Assembly: GCA_021767845.1 (NCBI GenBank)
Contig: JAASSQ010000001.1
Span: 1 to 36,464 of the forward strand
Origin: Roseovarius sp.
Lineage (GTDB): Bacteria; Pseudomonadota; Alphaproteobacteria; Rhodobacterales; Rhodobacteraceae
Length of the DNA stretch: 36,464 nt
Reading direction: 5' to 3'
Shown here: positions 11,074 to 19,193 of the stretch, piece by piece
Layout: each line of letters begins with the position of its first letter
Position numbering within the stretch: position 1 is the stretch's first letter
Program-made: the position numbers and the translations under genes
Notes under the pieces: model-generated
Told to the model about the DNA's origin: nothing
What the model saw: only the letters and a program-made list of their open reading frames with translations
Database searches by the model: none

Positions 11074-12084
11074 TTGAGGCTGTTGCAGTCATATCGGATG
11101 CGGTTGAAGCGCAAGCGGGCCAAGGTTCGGGCCTGGCGCAAGCATTTCTCGCTCAAGCCCGTGCAGGTCCGCACGGACCGTATCCGCCCCGGCGATATCC
11201 TGTTGTTCTCGACTTTCCGGGACGAGGCGGTGCGGCTGCCCTATTTCCTGAAATATTACCGCGATCTTGGCGTGTCGCATTTCCTGATGGTGGACAATGA
11301 CAGCGAGGATGGCGGCCGCGAATACCTGGCCGATCAGCCCGATGTCTCGATCTGGACCACCAAGGCCGGCTACAAGGCGGCGCGGTTCGGGGTCGATTGG
11401 CTGAACTGGTTGCAGGCGCGGCACGGGCATGGGCACTGGTGTCTGGTCGTGGACCCGGACGAGTTCTTCGTCTATCCGTTCTGCGACACGCGGCCCATCC
11501 GGGCGCTGACCGATTGGCTGGACGTGTCGCAATTGCGGTCCTTCGGGGCGATGCTGCTGGACATGTATCCCAAGGGGCGGATGGATTCGGTGCCTTATCG
11601 CGCCGGTCAGGACCCGATGGAGATTGCCGCCTGGTTCGATCCCGGCAATTACATGATCGAGAAGAACCACAAGTTCGGCAACCTGTGGATCCAGGGCGGG
11701 CCGCGGGCGCGGGTGTTCTTTCCCGACACCCCGAAAAAGGCCCCGGCGCTGAACAAGATCCCGCTGGTGAAATGGGACCGGCGCTATGCCTATGTCAGCT
11801 CGACCCACATGCTGCTGCCGCGCGGCCTGAACCAGACCTACGACACGCTTGGCGGGGAAAAGGCCAGCGGCGTCCTGCTGCATGCCAAGTTTCTGGATAC
11901 CTTCGCGGCCAAGGCGGAAGAGGAACTGGACCGCCAGCAGCATTATGCGGCCAGCGTGGAATACAAGGCCTATTACGACAACCTGAAGGACAATCCAGAC
12001 CTTTGGTGCAAATGGTCGGAAAAATATATAAACTGGAGGCAGTTGGAAATTCTGGGGCTGATGTCCAAGGGCAACTGGGCATGA
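11074..12084 (+). CDS. GT2-like glycosyltransferase (Glyco_tranf_2_4 type), paralogue 2
   Basis: FRDE...MVDNDSEDGG, WCLVVDPDE, GVLLHAKF; colinear with the upstream gene; TTG start. Confidence 0.85.
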   Translation: MRLLQSYRMRLKRKRAKVRAWRKHFSLKPVQVRTDRIRPGDILLFSTFRDEAVRLPYFLKYYRDLGVSHFLMVDNDSEDGGREYLADQPDVSIWTTKAGYKAARFGVDWLNWLQARHGHGHWCLVVDPDEFFVYPFCDTRPIRALTDWLDVSQLRSFGAMLLDMYPKGRMDSVPYRAGQDPMEIAAWFDPGNYMIEKNHKFGNLWIQGGPRARVFFPDTPKKAPALNKIPLVKWDRRYAYVSSTHMLLPRGLNQTYDTLGGEKASGVLLHAKFLDTFAAKAEEELDRQQHYAASVEYKAYYDNLKDNPDLWCKWSEKYINWRQLEILGLMSKGNWA

Positions 12085-12100
12085 GGAAGGGCAGTCAGCG

Positions 12101-13801
12101 GTGAGCGTGGGTATCATAATGCTGGTCCACACGGCCTTCGACCGCGCCGAGCAGGTGGCGCGGCACTGGTCGGCTGCGGGCTGTCCGCTGGTCATCCATG
12201 CCGACAAGTCGGTGCCGCCCAAGACCTACAAGGCCTTCGTGAACGCCCTGTCGGACCTGCCCGACGTGCGCTTCAGCGCCCGGCACCGGTGCGAATGGGG
12301 CACCTGGGGGCTGGTCGCGGCCACCCAAAGCGCCGCGCAGCTGATGCTGGACGAGTTCGAGGATGTGCGGCATGTCTATCTTGCCTCCGGCTCGTGCCTG
12401 CCGCTGCGCCCGGTGCAGGAGCTGATCGACTACCTGGCCGAGCGGCCGCAGACCGATTTCATCGAATCCGCCACCACGGCCGACGTGCCTTGGACGATCG
12501 GCGGGCTGGATCACGAACGGTTCACGCTGCGGTTTCCGTTTTCCTGGCGCAAGCATCGTTACCTGTTCGACCGGGCCGTGGCCTTTCAGCGCGCCATCGG
12601 ATACCGGCGGCGCATCCCCAACGGGCTGGTGCCGCATATGGGCAGCCAGTGGTGGTGCCTGACCCGGCAGACCCTTTCGGCGATCCTGTCGGACCCCGAT
12701 CGCAAGGTTTACGACGACTATTTCAAGCAGGTCTGGATCCCTGACGAGAGCTATTTCCAGACCCTCGCGCGGCAGTATTCCCTGCAGATCGAAAGCCGCT
12801 CGCTGACCCTGTCGAAATTCGATTACCAGGGCAAACCGCATATCTTCTACGACGACCACCTGCAGCTTTTGCGGCGGTCGGATTGTTTCGTCGCGCGCAA
12901 GATCTGGCCCTTTGCCAACCGGCTTTACGATGCCTTCCTGACCGACAGCGCCGGCGCGATGAAACGGACCGAGCCGAACCCCGGCAAGATCGACCGGATC
13001 TTCGCCAAGGCGGTGGAGCGGCGCACGCGCGGGCGGCCGGGGCTTTACATGCAAAGCCGCTTTCCGGTGGAGGGGCGCGAGAACGGGCTGACCTGTGCGC
13101 AGTATTCGGTGTTCGAGGGGTTCAGCGACCTGTTCGAGAATTTCGAGGCGTGGCTGGCGCGGGTGACGGGCACGCGGGTGCATGGCCACCTCTTCGCGCC
13201 CGAGCGCGCCGAGTTTTCCGACGGGCAGACGGTGATGAACGGCGCGCTGAGCGACAGCGCGGCGCTGCGCGATTACAACCCGCGCGCCTTCCTGACCAGC
13301 CTGATCTGGAACACCCGCGGCGAGCGGCAGTGTTTCCAGATGGGTCCGCGCGACGAGATCAAGGATATAGAGTGGGACATCGCCAAGGATTCCAACGCGC
13401 AGATCTCGGTCATCACCGGGGCGTGGGCGGTGCCCTTGTTCAAGTCGAACCGCAATTTCGCCGATCTGCGGCAGGAGGCCGCGCGCCTGCAGCAGATCGA
13501 AAGCCAGCACCTGAACGTGTTGCGCTCGCCCTGGGCCAAGGCGCGCATCCGCATCTGGACGATGGCCGAGTTCATCGAAGCCCCGATGGAGCCCTTGCAG
13601 ACCATCATCGACGAGATCGGCCAGCAGAACATGCGCGGCCTGGCCGAGGTGCCGCGCATGGCGGACCTGAGCGGGTTCGGGCAGTTCCTGCAAAACCTCA
13701 AGAACCAGGGGATGCATCCCTACCTGATGGGCGATTTCCCCGTGGCGCACGGGCCCCACGACACGCCGCAGAACAAGCCGAAACCCTACCTGGTGCAGTA
13801 A
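12101..13801 (+). CDS. Core-2/I-branching (GT14-like) glycosyltransferase with an uncharacterised C-terminal domain
   Basis: IMLVH, VIHAD, CEWGTWGLV, LASGSCLPL, GSQWWCLTR, IPDESYFQTL are branching-enzyme motifs. Confidence 0.82.
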   Translation: MSVGIIMLVHTAFDRAEQVARHWSAAGCPLVIHADKSVPPKTYKAFVNALSDLPDVRFSARHRCEWGTWGLVAATQSAAQLMLDEFEDVRHVYLASGSCLPLRPVQELIDYLAERPQTDFIESATTADVPWTIGGLDHERFTLRFPFSWRKHRYLFDRAVAFQRAIGYRRRIPNGLVPHMGSQWWCLTRQTLSAILSDPDRKVYDDYFKQVWIPDESYFQTLARQYSLQIESRSLTLSKFDYQGKPHIFYDDHLQLLRRSDCFVARKIWPFANRLYDAFLTDSAGAMKRTEPNPGKIDRIFAKAVERRTRGRPGLYMQSRFPVEGRENGLTCAQYSVFEGFSDLFENFEAWLARVTGTRVHGHLFAPERAEFSDGQTVMNGALSDSAALRDYNPRAFLTSLIWNTRGERQCFQMGPRDEIKDIEWDIAKDSNAQISVITGAWAVPLFKSNRNFADLRQEAARLQQIESQHLNVLRSPWAKARIRIWTMAEFIEAPMEPLQTIIDEIGQQNMRGLAEVPRMADLSGFGQFLQNLKNQGMHPYLMGDFPVAHGPHDTPQNKPKPYLVQ

Positions 13802-13807
13802 CCCCGC

Positions 13808-15235
13808 ATGACAGCCCCGTTCGATTATTTCATCGTGTTCGCCGAGATGCGGACCGGGTCCAATTTCCTGGAAACCAACCTGAACGCCTTTGACGGGTTC
13901 GAGTGTCATGGCGAGGCGTTCAACCCGCATTTCATCGGCTATCCGAACCGGACCGAGATCCTGGGCGTGACGCAGGCGATGCGCGATGCCGATCCGGTAC
14001 GCCTGATCGAGACGATCAAGACCCGATCGAAGGGGATGGGCGGGTTCCGCTTTTTCCACGATCACGACAAGCGGGTGCTGGACATCGCGCTGGACGATCC
14101 GCGCTGCGCCAAGATCGTGCTGACGCGCAACCCGGTGGACAGCTATGTGTCCTTCAAGATCGCGCAGGCCACGGGGCAGTGGAAGCTGACCAACGTGAAG
14201 CGGCGCCGCGACAGCAAGGTGCGGTTCGATCCCGACGAGTTCGAGAAACACGTGGCGCATCTGCAATCGTTCCAGGTGTTCCTGCTGAATCGGTTGCAGA
14301 AATCGGGTCAGACGGCGTTCTACATCGCCTACGAGGATCTGCAGTCGCTTGATGTCATCAACGGGCTGGCGCGGTTCCTGGGCAGCGATGAGCGGCTGGA
14401 GGCGCTGGATTCCTCGCTCAAGCGGCAGAACCCCAGCCCGCTGCAGTCCAAGGTTTCGAATTACGACGAGATGGACCGCGCCCTGTCGGGACAGGATGTG
14501 TTCAACCTGTCCCGCACCCCGAATTTCGAGCCGCGCCGGGGGCCGGCGGTGCCGGCCTATGTCACGGGGGCGCGGGCGGCGCTGCTTTACATGCCGGTGA
14601 AATCCGGGCCGGAGGCGGCGGTGCGCGCGTGGATGGCGGGGCTGGACGGTGTGCGCGAGGACACGTTGCCGACGCATCTGAACCAGAAGGCGCTGCGCCA
14701 GTGGAAGCGGCGCAACCGCGGGCACCGGAGCTTCACGGTACTGCGGCATCCCGTGGCGCGGGCGCATGACGCGTTTTGCCAAAAGATCCTGTTGCAGGGG
14801 CCGGGCGCTTACCTGGACATTCGCAAGACGCTGCGCAACGTCTACAAGCTGCCGATCCCCGGCGGCGATCCGGGCCCGGAGTATGACCGGCGCGCGCATC
14901 GCGCGGCCTTCTTGGCGTTCCTCGAATTCCTGCGCGCCAACCTGGCCGGCCAGACCAATATCCGCATCGATCCGCACTGGGCGTCGCAGGTGGCCGTGCT
15001 GCAGGGCATGGCGCAGTTCGGCATCCCCGACATGGTCGTGCGCGAGGACGAGATGGCCGACATGCTGCCGCTGCTGGCGCGGCAAGTGGGATACGAGGCC
15101 GCCGCCAAGCCCGGTGCCGCGCCAGAGACGGCGCCCATCGCCCTGTCGGACATCTATGACGAGGAGATCGAAGAGCTGGTCGGCACCATCTACCAGCGCG
15201 ATTACATGATGTTCGGCTTCCGGCCCTGGGCCTGA
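13808..15235 (+). CDS. Two-domain PAPS-dependent sulfotransferase (NodH/Stf0-like N-domain plus Sulfotransfer_2-like C-domain)
   Basis: RTGSNFL 5'-PSB and LTRNPVDSYVS 3'-PB; second set SFTVLRHPVARAHDAF, DPHWASQ, IYQRDYMMFGF. Confidence 0.8.
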   Translation: MTAPFDYFIVFAEMRTGSNFLETNLNAFDGFECHGEAFNPHFIGYPNRTEILGVTQAMRDADPVRLIETIKTRSKGMGGFRFFHDHDKRVLDIALDDPRCAKIVLTRNPVDSYVSFKIAQATGQWKLTNVKRRRDSKVRFDPDEFEKHVAHLQSFQVFLLNRLQKSGQTAFYIAYEDLQSLDVINGLARFLGSDERLEALDSSLKRQNPSPLQSKVSNYDEMDRALSGQDVFNLSRTPNFEPRRGPAVPAYVTGARAALLYMPVKSGPEAAVRAWMAGLDGVREDTLPTHLNQKALRQWKRRNRGHRSFTVLRHPVARAHDAFCQKILLQGPGAYLDIRKTLRNVYKLPIPGGDPGPEYDRRAHRAAFLAFLEFLRANLAGQTNIRIDPHWASQVAVLQGMAQFGIPDMVVREDEMADMLPLLARQVGYEAAAKPGAAPETAPIALSDIYDEEIEELVGTIYQRDYMMFGFRPWA

Positions 15236-15248
15236 GACATTGCGGGCG

Positions 15249-15713
15249 TCAGGCGGCCTGGGCCGCCTGCGCCTCGGTCACGATGGTGTAGAGCGTCGCG
15301 GGGTCGGTGTTGGCCCGCAGCTTGGCGCAGACCGAGGGATCGCGCAGCGTGCGCGAGACCAGCGCCAGCGCCTTGAGATGCTCGACCCCGGCATCGCGCG
15401 GGGCGAACAGGGCAAAGGCCAGGTCCACGGGTTGACGATCCACCGCATCGAAATCGACCGGCTTTTCCAGCAGCACCAAGGCGCCGACGACCTCTTCAAG
15501 ACCGTCAAGCCGCGCATGGGGAAGGGCAACGCCGTTGCCCACTCCCGTCGGCCCGAGGCTTTCGCGTTCCTGAAGCGCCTCGACAGCGGTGGACTGGTCC
15601 ACCTGGTAGACGCTTTCGGCCAGGCCGCCCAGCTCGTGCAGGAGGCGTTTCTTGCTTGAAACGGCGGACAATACGCGCACTGCCTCTGGCTTGAGGATCA
15701 TTTCCATATCCAT
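15249..15713 (-). CDS. ptsN: PTS IIA-Ntr nitrogen regulatory protein
   Basis: RESLGPTGVGNGVALPHAR with phospho-His, FDAVDRQPVDL; follows hpf; start MDMEMIL. Confidence 0.93.
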   Translation of the reverse strand: MDMEMILKPEAVRVLSAVSSKKRLLHELGGLAESVYQVDQSTAVEALQERESLGPTGVGNGVALPHARLDGLEEVVGALVLLEKPVDFDAVDRQPVDLAFALFAPRDAGVEHLKALALVSRTLRDPSVCAKLRANTDPATLYTIVTEAQAAQAA

Positions 15714-15768
15714 TGATTCTCGACGCTCCTCCGAACAGGTCAGCCGCCGTGTCCGGTGCCTCGTGTTT

Positions 15769-16332
15769 TCAGGGGTCGATCCACCCGATGTTGCCGTCGT
15801 CCCGGCGATACACCACGTTGACCCCGTTGTTTCCCTCGTTTCGGAAAACCAGGACAGGCGCGCCCGCAAGCTCCATCTGCATCACCGCTTCGCCGACGGA
15901 CAGAGACGGTATCTGCGTCTCCATTTCAGCGACGATGATCGGTTGCAGGCTTTCGGGTTCCGAATCCTCGTTCTCCTGTTCAGAGGCGAGGATATAAGAG
16001 GATGCACCGGAAAGTTCAACCGGCTGTGCGCGCTCCTTGTGGTGGTCCTTGAGGCGGCGTTTATACCGTCTGAGTTGTTTTTCCATCTTGTCGCAGCATT
16101 GGTCGAAGGCGGCATAGATCTCATGCGCGTGGGCCTTGGCCTGGGCGGTCAGCCCGGTGGACAGGTGGACGATGGATTCGCAGACATATTCGCTGGCACT
16201 CTTGGAAAAAATGACATGCGCATCGGTCGGGCGTTCGGCATACTTGGCCACTGCCGCGCCGAGTTCCTCCTTGACATGAGTTTGCAGAGCTTCGCCCACG
16301 TCGATCTGTTTGCCACTGATTTGATAGCGCAT
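15769..16332 (-). CDS. hpf: Long-form ribosome hibernation promoting factor (HPF/RaiA)
   Basis: MRYQISGKQIDVGEAL, KQLRRYKRRLK, C-terminal NVVYRRDDGNIGWIDP; RBS GAAGGAG supports ATG 16332. Confidence 0.95.
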   Translation of the reverse strand: MRYQISGKQIDVGEALQTHVKEELGAAVAKYAERPTDAHVIFSKSASEYVCESIVHLSTGLTAQAKAHAHEIYAAFDQCCDKMEKQLRRYKRRLKDHHKERAQPVELSGASSYILASEQENEDSEPESLQPIIVAEMETQIPSLSVGEAVMQMELAGAPVLVFRNEGNNGVNVVYRRDDGNIGWIDP

Positions 16333-16347
16333 CTTCACTCCTTCATT

Positions 16348-16497
16348 TGACAATCCGGGCCTTGGCCTCGGGTGCGGGTGCGCGCCCTAGGCGTTTCAGG
16401 TCCAGATGCTGGGAAATGACAGTGCCGCAGCTTGGCCGAAACCCGCACCCTGAAACAGGGGTTTTCGCGAGATCAGCACGTCAGCCTGACTTGTCAT
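16348..16497 (-). promoter_or_regulatory. Candidate structured cis-regulatory leader RNA of hpf
   Basis: 5' and 3' ends pair at 11 of 13 positions; internal perfect 10-bp and 8-bp complementary pairs. Confidence 0.45.
16396..16497 (-). CDS. Putative 33-aa upstream ORF/leader peptide (MTSQADVLISRKPLFQGAGFGQAAALSFPSIWT)
   Basis: Open ATG-to-TGA frame; the ATG lies at the predicted start of transcription, no Shine-Dalgarno. Confidence 0.3.
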   Translation of the reverse strand: MTSQADVLISRKPLFQGAGFGQAAALSFPSIWT

Positions 16498-16503
16498 GCC
16501 CCA

Positions 16504-16532
16504 ATTGAGGCGCTTTTGGCGACCGTTGTCAA
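16504..16532 (-). promoter_or_regulatory. Candidate internal promoter for hpf-ptsN
   Basis: Perfect TTGACA (16532-16527), 17 nt spacer, weak -10 CTCAAT. Confidence 0.45.
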
Positions 16533-16579
16533 TGGAGATCGGACCGTTCGGCAATGCACCACCGGGCTGCGGCGCGTGC

Positions 16580-17338
16580 TCAGGAAATGCGGAAATTGTC
16601 GCCCAGATAGACGCGGCGGACATTCTCGTTCTCGACCACCTCGGTGGGGGTGCCCGCCATCAGAACCTTGCCGTCGTGCAGGATGTAGGCGCGATCGACG
16701 ATTTCGAGGGTTTCGCGAACGTTGTGATCGGTGATGAGCACGCCGATCCCGCGTTTCTTCAGGTCGGCGACCAGATGGCGGATGTCCCCGACCGAGATCG
16801 GATCGACGCCGGCGAAGGGTTCGTCAAGCAGCAGATAGCGGGGCCGCGCGGCCAGGCAGCGCGCGATCTCGACCCGGCGACGTTCGCCGCCCGACAGGGC
16901 CAGCGCCGGCGCGCGGCGCAGATGCTCGATCGAGAAATCGGACAGCAGCTCTTCGAGCCGCTCGCGCCGCTTGTGCCTGTCGCGTTCGGAAATATCGAGG
17001 ATGGACATGATGTTGTCCTCGACGGACAGGCCGCGGAAAATCGACATTTCCTGCGGCAGATACCCGATGCCCATCTTGGCGCGGCGATACATCGGCAGGT
17101 TCGTCACGTCCTGCCCGTCGATCAGAACGTGCCCGCCTTCGGGCTGCACGAGGCCCGCGATGGCGTAAAAGGTCGTTGTCTTGCCAGATCCGTTCGGCCC
17201 GAGCAGGGCCACGACCTCGCCCTGCTGAAGCGACAGCGACACCTCGCGGATCACCACGCGCCGCTTGTAGCTTTTGCGCAGGTTGCGGACCTCGAGCCCG
17301 CGGTTTTCATGGGCGATATGCAGATCGGGCTGGGTCAA
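16580..17338 (-). CDS. lptB: LPS export ABC transporter ATP-binding protein LptB
   Basis: GPNGSGKT, GYLPQE, LSGGERRRVEIAR, DEPFAGVDP, ITDHNVRETL. Confidence 0.97.
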   Translation of the reverse strand: MTQPDLHIAHENRGLEVRNLRKSYKRRVVIREVSLSLQQGEVVALLGPNGSGKTTTFYAIAGLVQPEGGHVLIDGQDVTNLPMYRRAKMGIGYLPQEMSIFRGLSVEDNIMSILDISERDRHKRRERLEELLSDFSIEHLRRAPALALSGGERRRVEIARCLAARPRYLLLDEPFAGVDPISVGDIRHLVADLKKRGIGVLITDHNVRETLEIVDRAYILHDGKVLMAGTPTEVVENENVRRVYLGDNFRIS

Positions 17339-17844
17339 TTACCGTCCCCGGCCCCGCCACCGTCGGATTGCAGGACGGTTTTCACGTTGCCGGTCATGCG
17401 GGCGGTCCCCTCGAAGCGGTTGACCACCATCTTGTCCGAGGTCAGCACCTGCGGCCCGCGCACCAGCAGCACATCGTCGTGCATCTCGATCATGCCGCTA
17501 TCGACGAAGTAATCCGCCTTGCGGGATTCGGCGGCATCCTCGCCGCTGACCACGGTAACGCCGCCCGTCGCCTCGAACCGGTCAACGCCGCTTTCGTCCT
17601 GCTTGTAGACCACCAGAACCCGAGGGGCATAAAGCCGCATCTCGCCTTGCGCGACGATAACGTTGCCGGTGAACACCGCGGTGCCGTCATTCTGGTTCAC
17701 GTCAAGGATTTCGGACGTGACCTCGACCGGGAGATCGCTGTCTTCCTGCGCGGTGCCGAATGCGATCTGGGCGCCCTGCGCGAGCCCCGTCACCGGTGCC
17801 GTCAGGATGGTCAGGCAGAATACGAGCCACGAAAAACGCTTCAA
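17335..17844 (-). CDS. lptA: LPS transport periplasmic protein LptA (OstA-like)
   Basis: Signal peptide; PVEVTS...AVFTGNVIVAQG beta-jellyroll pattern; directly upstream of lptB. Confidence 0.9.
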   Translation of the reverse strand: MKRFSWLVFCLTILTAPVTGLAQGAQIAFGTAQEDSDLPVEVTSEILDVNQNDGTAVFTGNVIVAQGEMRLYAPRVLVVYKQDESGVDRFEATGGVTVVSGEDAAESRKADYFVDSGMIEMHDDVLLVRGPQVLTSDKMVVNRFEGTARMTGNVKTVLQSDGGGAGDGN

Positions 17845-17849
17845 AAGAC

Positions 17850-18464
17850 TTAATCCCCGGTGCTTTCCGGTTCGTATATCACCTTGACGTTGCCTGTGAA
17901 AAGCAAATGTGCATCGCCGGTGTCGTCGTCCGATATCAGAACCATCCTGTCAGCGTCGATATCGCCCACGGGGCCGGTGCCCCGCACGGGCACGGGGCTT
18001 TCGGCGAAGATCGTGTCAAACCGGGTTTCCAGGATTTCCGTCGTCATGCGGTATCCGCTGTCGGTGGTGATGACGACGTTATCGAGCAGGGTGGCGGTGA
18101 AGTCCTTTTGCCGCACATCCGCGGAGTCGGCGACGACGCGAATGAGCCCTCCCTCGGGGGGCCGGATGTCGGCATCCACGTCATCGGCCAGCAGGTGCTG
18201 CATGTCCCCTTCGATCGGGCGAGCGCGGGCGGCGCGCATTTCGATCCGGTCGTCATTCTCAGTCACGCCGGCGAAGACCGGAGAGGTGGCGCCCTGTTCG
18301 CGGGCGCGTTGTTCGATGTCGATGGCCGTCACCGGAACCGATGTTCTGGGGTCGATCGTGCGGGACAGCAGGAACAGCGTCGAGAGCAACCCCAGGGCGG
18401 CCAGGGGCAGGATGATCTTCATCCACGCGACAAGCCGGGAATGAAGATTGTTCAGCCCGGGCAT
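17850..18464 (-). CDS. lptC: LPS export protein LptC
   Basis: N-terminal TM (SRLVAWMKIILPLAALGLLSTLFL) then beta-rich domain ending LFTGNVKVIYEP; upstream of lptA. Confidence 0.85.
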   Translation of the reverse strand: MPGLNNLHSRLVAWMKIILPLAALGLLSTLFLLSRTIDPRTSVPVTAIDIEQRAREQGATSPVFAGVTENDDRIEMRAARARPIEGDMQHLLADDVDADIRPPEGGLIRVVADSADVRQKDFTATLLDNVVITTDSGYRMTTEILETRFDTIFAESPVPVRGTGPVGDIDADRMVLISDDDTGDAHLLFTGNVKVIYEPESTGD

Positions 18465-18468
18465 GGCG

Positions 18469-19080
18469 TCAGTGCGCGAAGATGTCGATCTCCGGCCAGC
18501 CGGCGAGATCCAGTTTCGCGCGGGTCGGCAGGAAGTCGAAGCAGGACTGCGCAAGCGAGACGCGGCCTTCGCGGGCCAGCATCCGGTCCAGCGCATCGCG
18601 CAACTGGTGCAGGTGAAGCACGTCCGAGGCCGCGTAGTCGAGCTGCGCCTCGCTCAATTCGGGCGCGCCCCAATCCGAGGATTGCTGCTGCTTCGAGATA
18701 TCGATTCCCAGGAGCTCCTGCAGCAGGTTCTTGAGCCCGTGCCGGTCGGTATAGGTGCGCACAAGCTTGCTTGCGATCTTGGTGCAGTAGACCGGTGCGG
18801 CCAGCGCCCCGAAGGTGTTGTACATCGCGGCGATGTCGAAGCGGCCGAAATGGAACAGCTTCAGCACATCGGGATTTTCCAGCATCGCGCACAGATTCGG
18901 GGCCGTGGTCTGGCCCTTTTCGATCTGCACGAGGTGGGCATTGCCGTCGCCGCCCGACATCTGGACCACGCAAAGCCGGTCGCGATGCGGGTTGAGGCCC
19001 ATTGTCTCGCAGTCGATCGCGACGACCGGCCCGAGATCCAGATCGTCGGGAAGATCGCCGTGGTAGAGATAGTTCGCCAT
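18469..19080 (-). CDS. rnd: Ribonuclease D-like 3'-5' exonuclease (short form)
   Basis: DEDDy motifs AIDCET, FHFGRFD, YAASDV; QQSSDWG. Confidence 0.92.
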   Translation of the reverse strand: MANYLYHGDLPDDLDLGPVVAIDCETMGLNPHRDRLCVVQMSGGDGNAHLVQIEKGQTTAPNLCAMLENPDVLKLFHFGRFDIAAMYNTFGALAAPVYCTKIASKLVRTYTDRHGLKNLLQELLGIDISKQQQSSDWGAPELSEAQLDYAASDVLHLHQLRDALDRMLAREGRVSLAQSCFDFLPTRAKLDLAGWPEIDIFAH

Positions 19081-19193
19081 GCAGGGCCGCCTTTCCTCGC
19101 TGCTGACCCGAGATAATCAACGCCTCACCCGATGGCAACTGCCACCGTGGCGATGGCGGTTGTCCAAGAGATGCGATTTCGGACGCGGCGGCG

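Noticed and set aside
12095-15085. 996-aa minus-strand ORF, and similar long ORFs at 7960-10269, 23866-25437, 25982-28258 and 28642-29853
   Set aside because: Antisense shadows of clearly assignable genes in high-GC DNA
16333-16579. rpoN remnant, or the known raiA-motif RNA
   Set aside because: No RpoN-like residues in the ORFs here, and absence of rpoN at this site is common in this family; the described raiA motif is from Firmicutes/Actinobacteria and I cannot match it by eye
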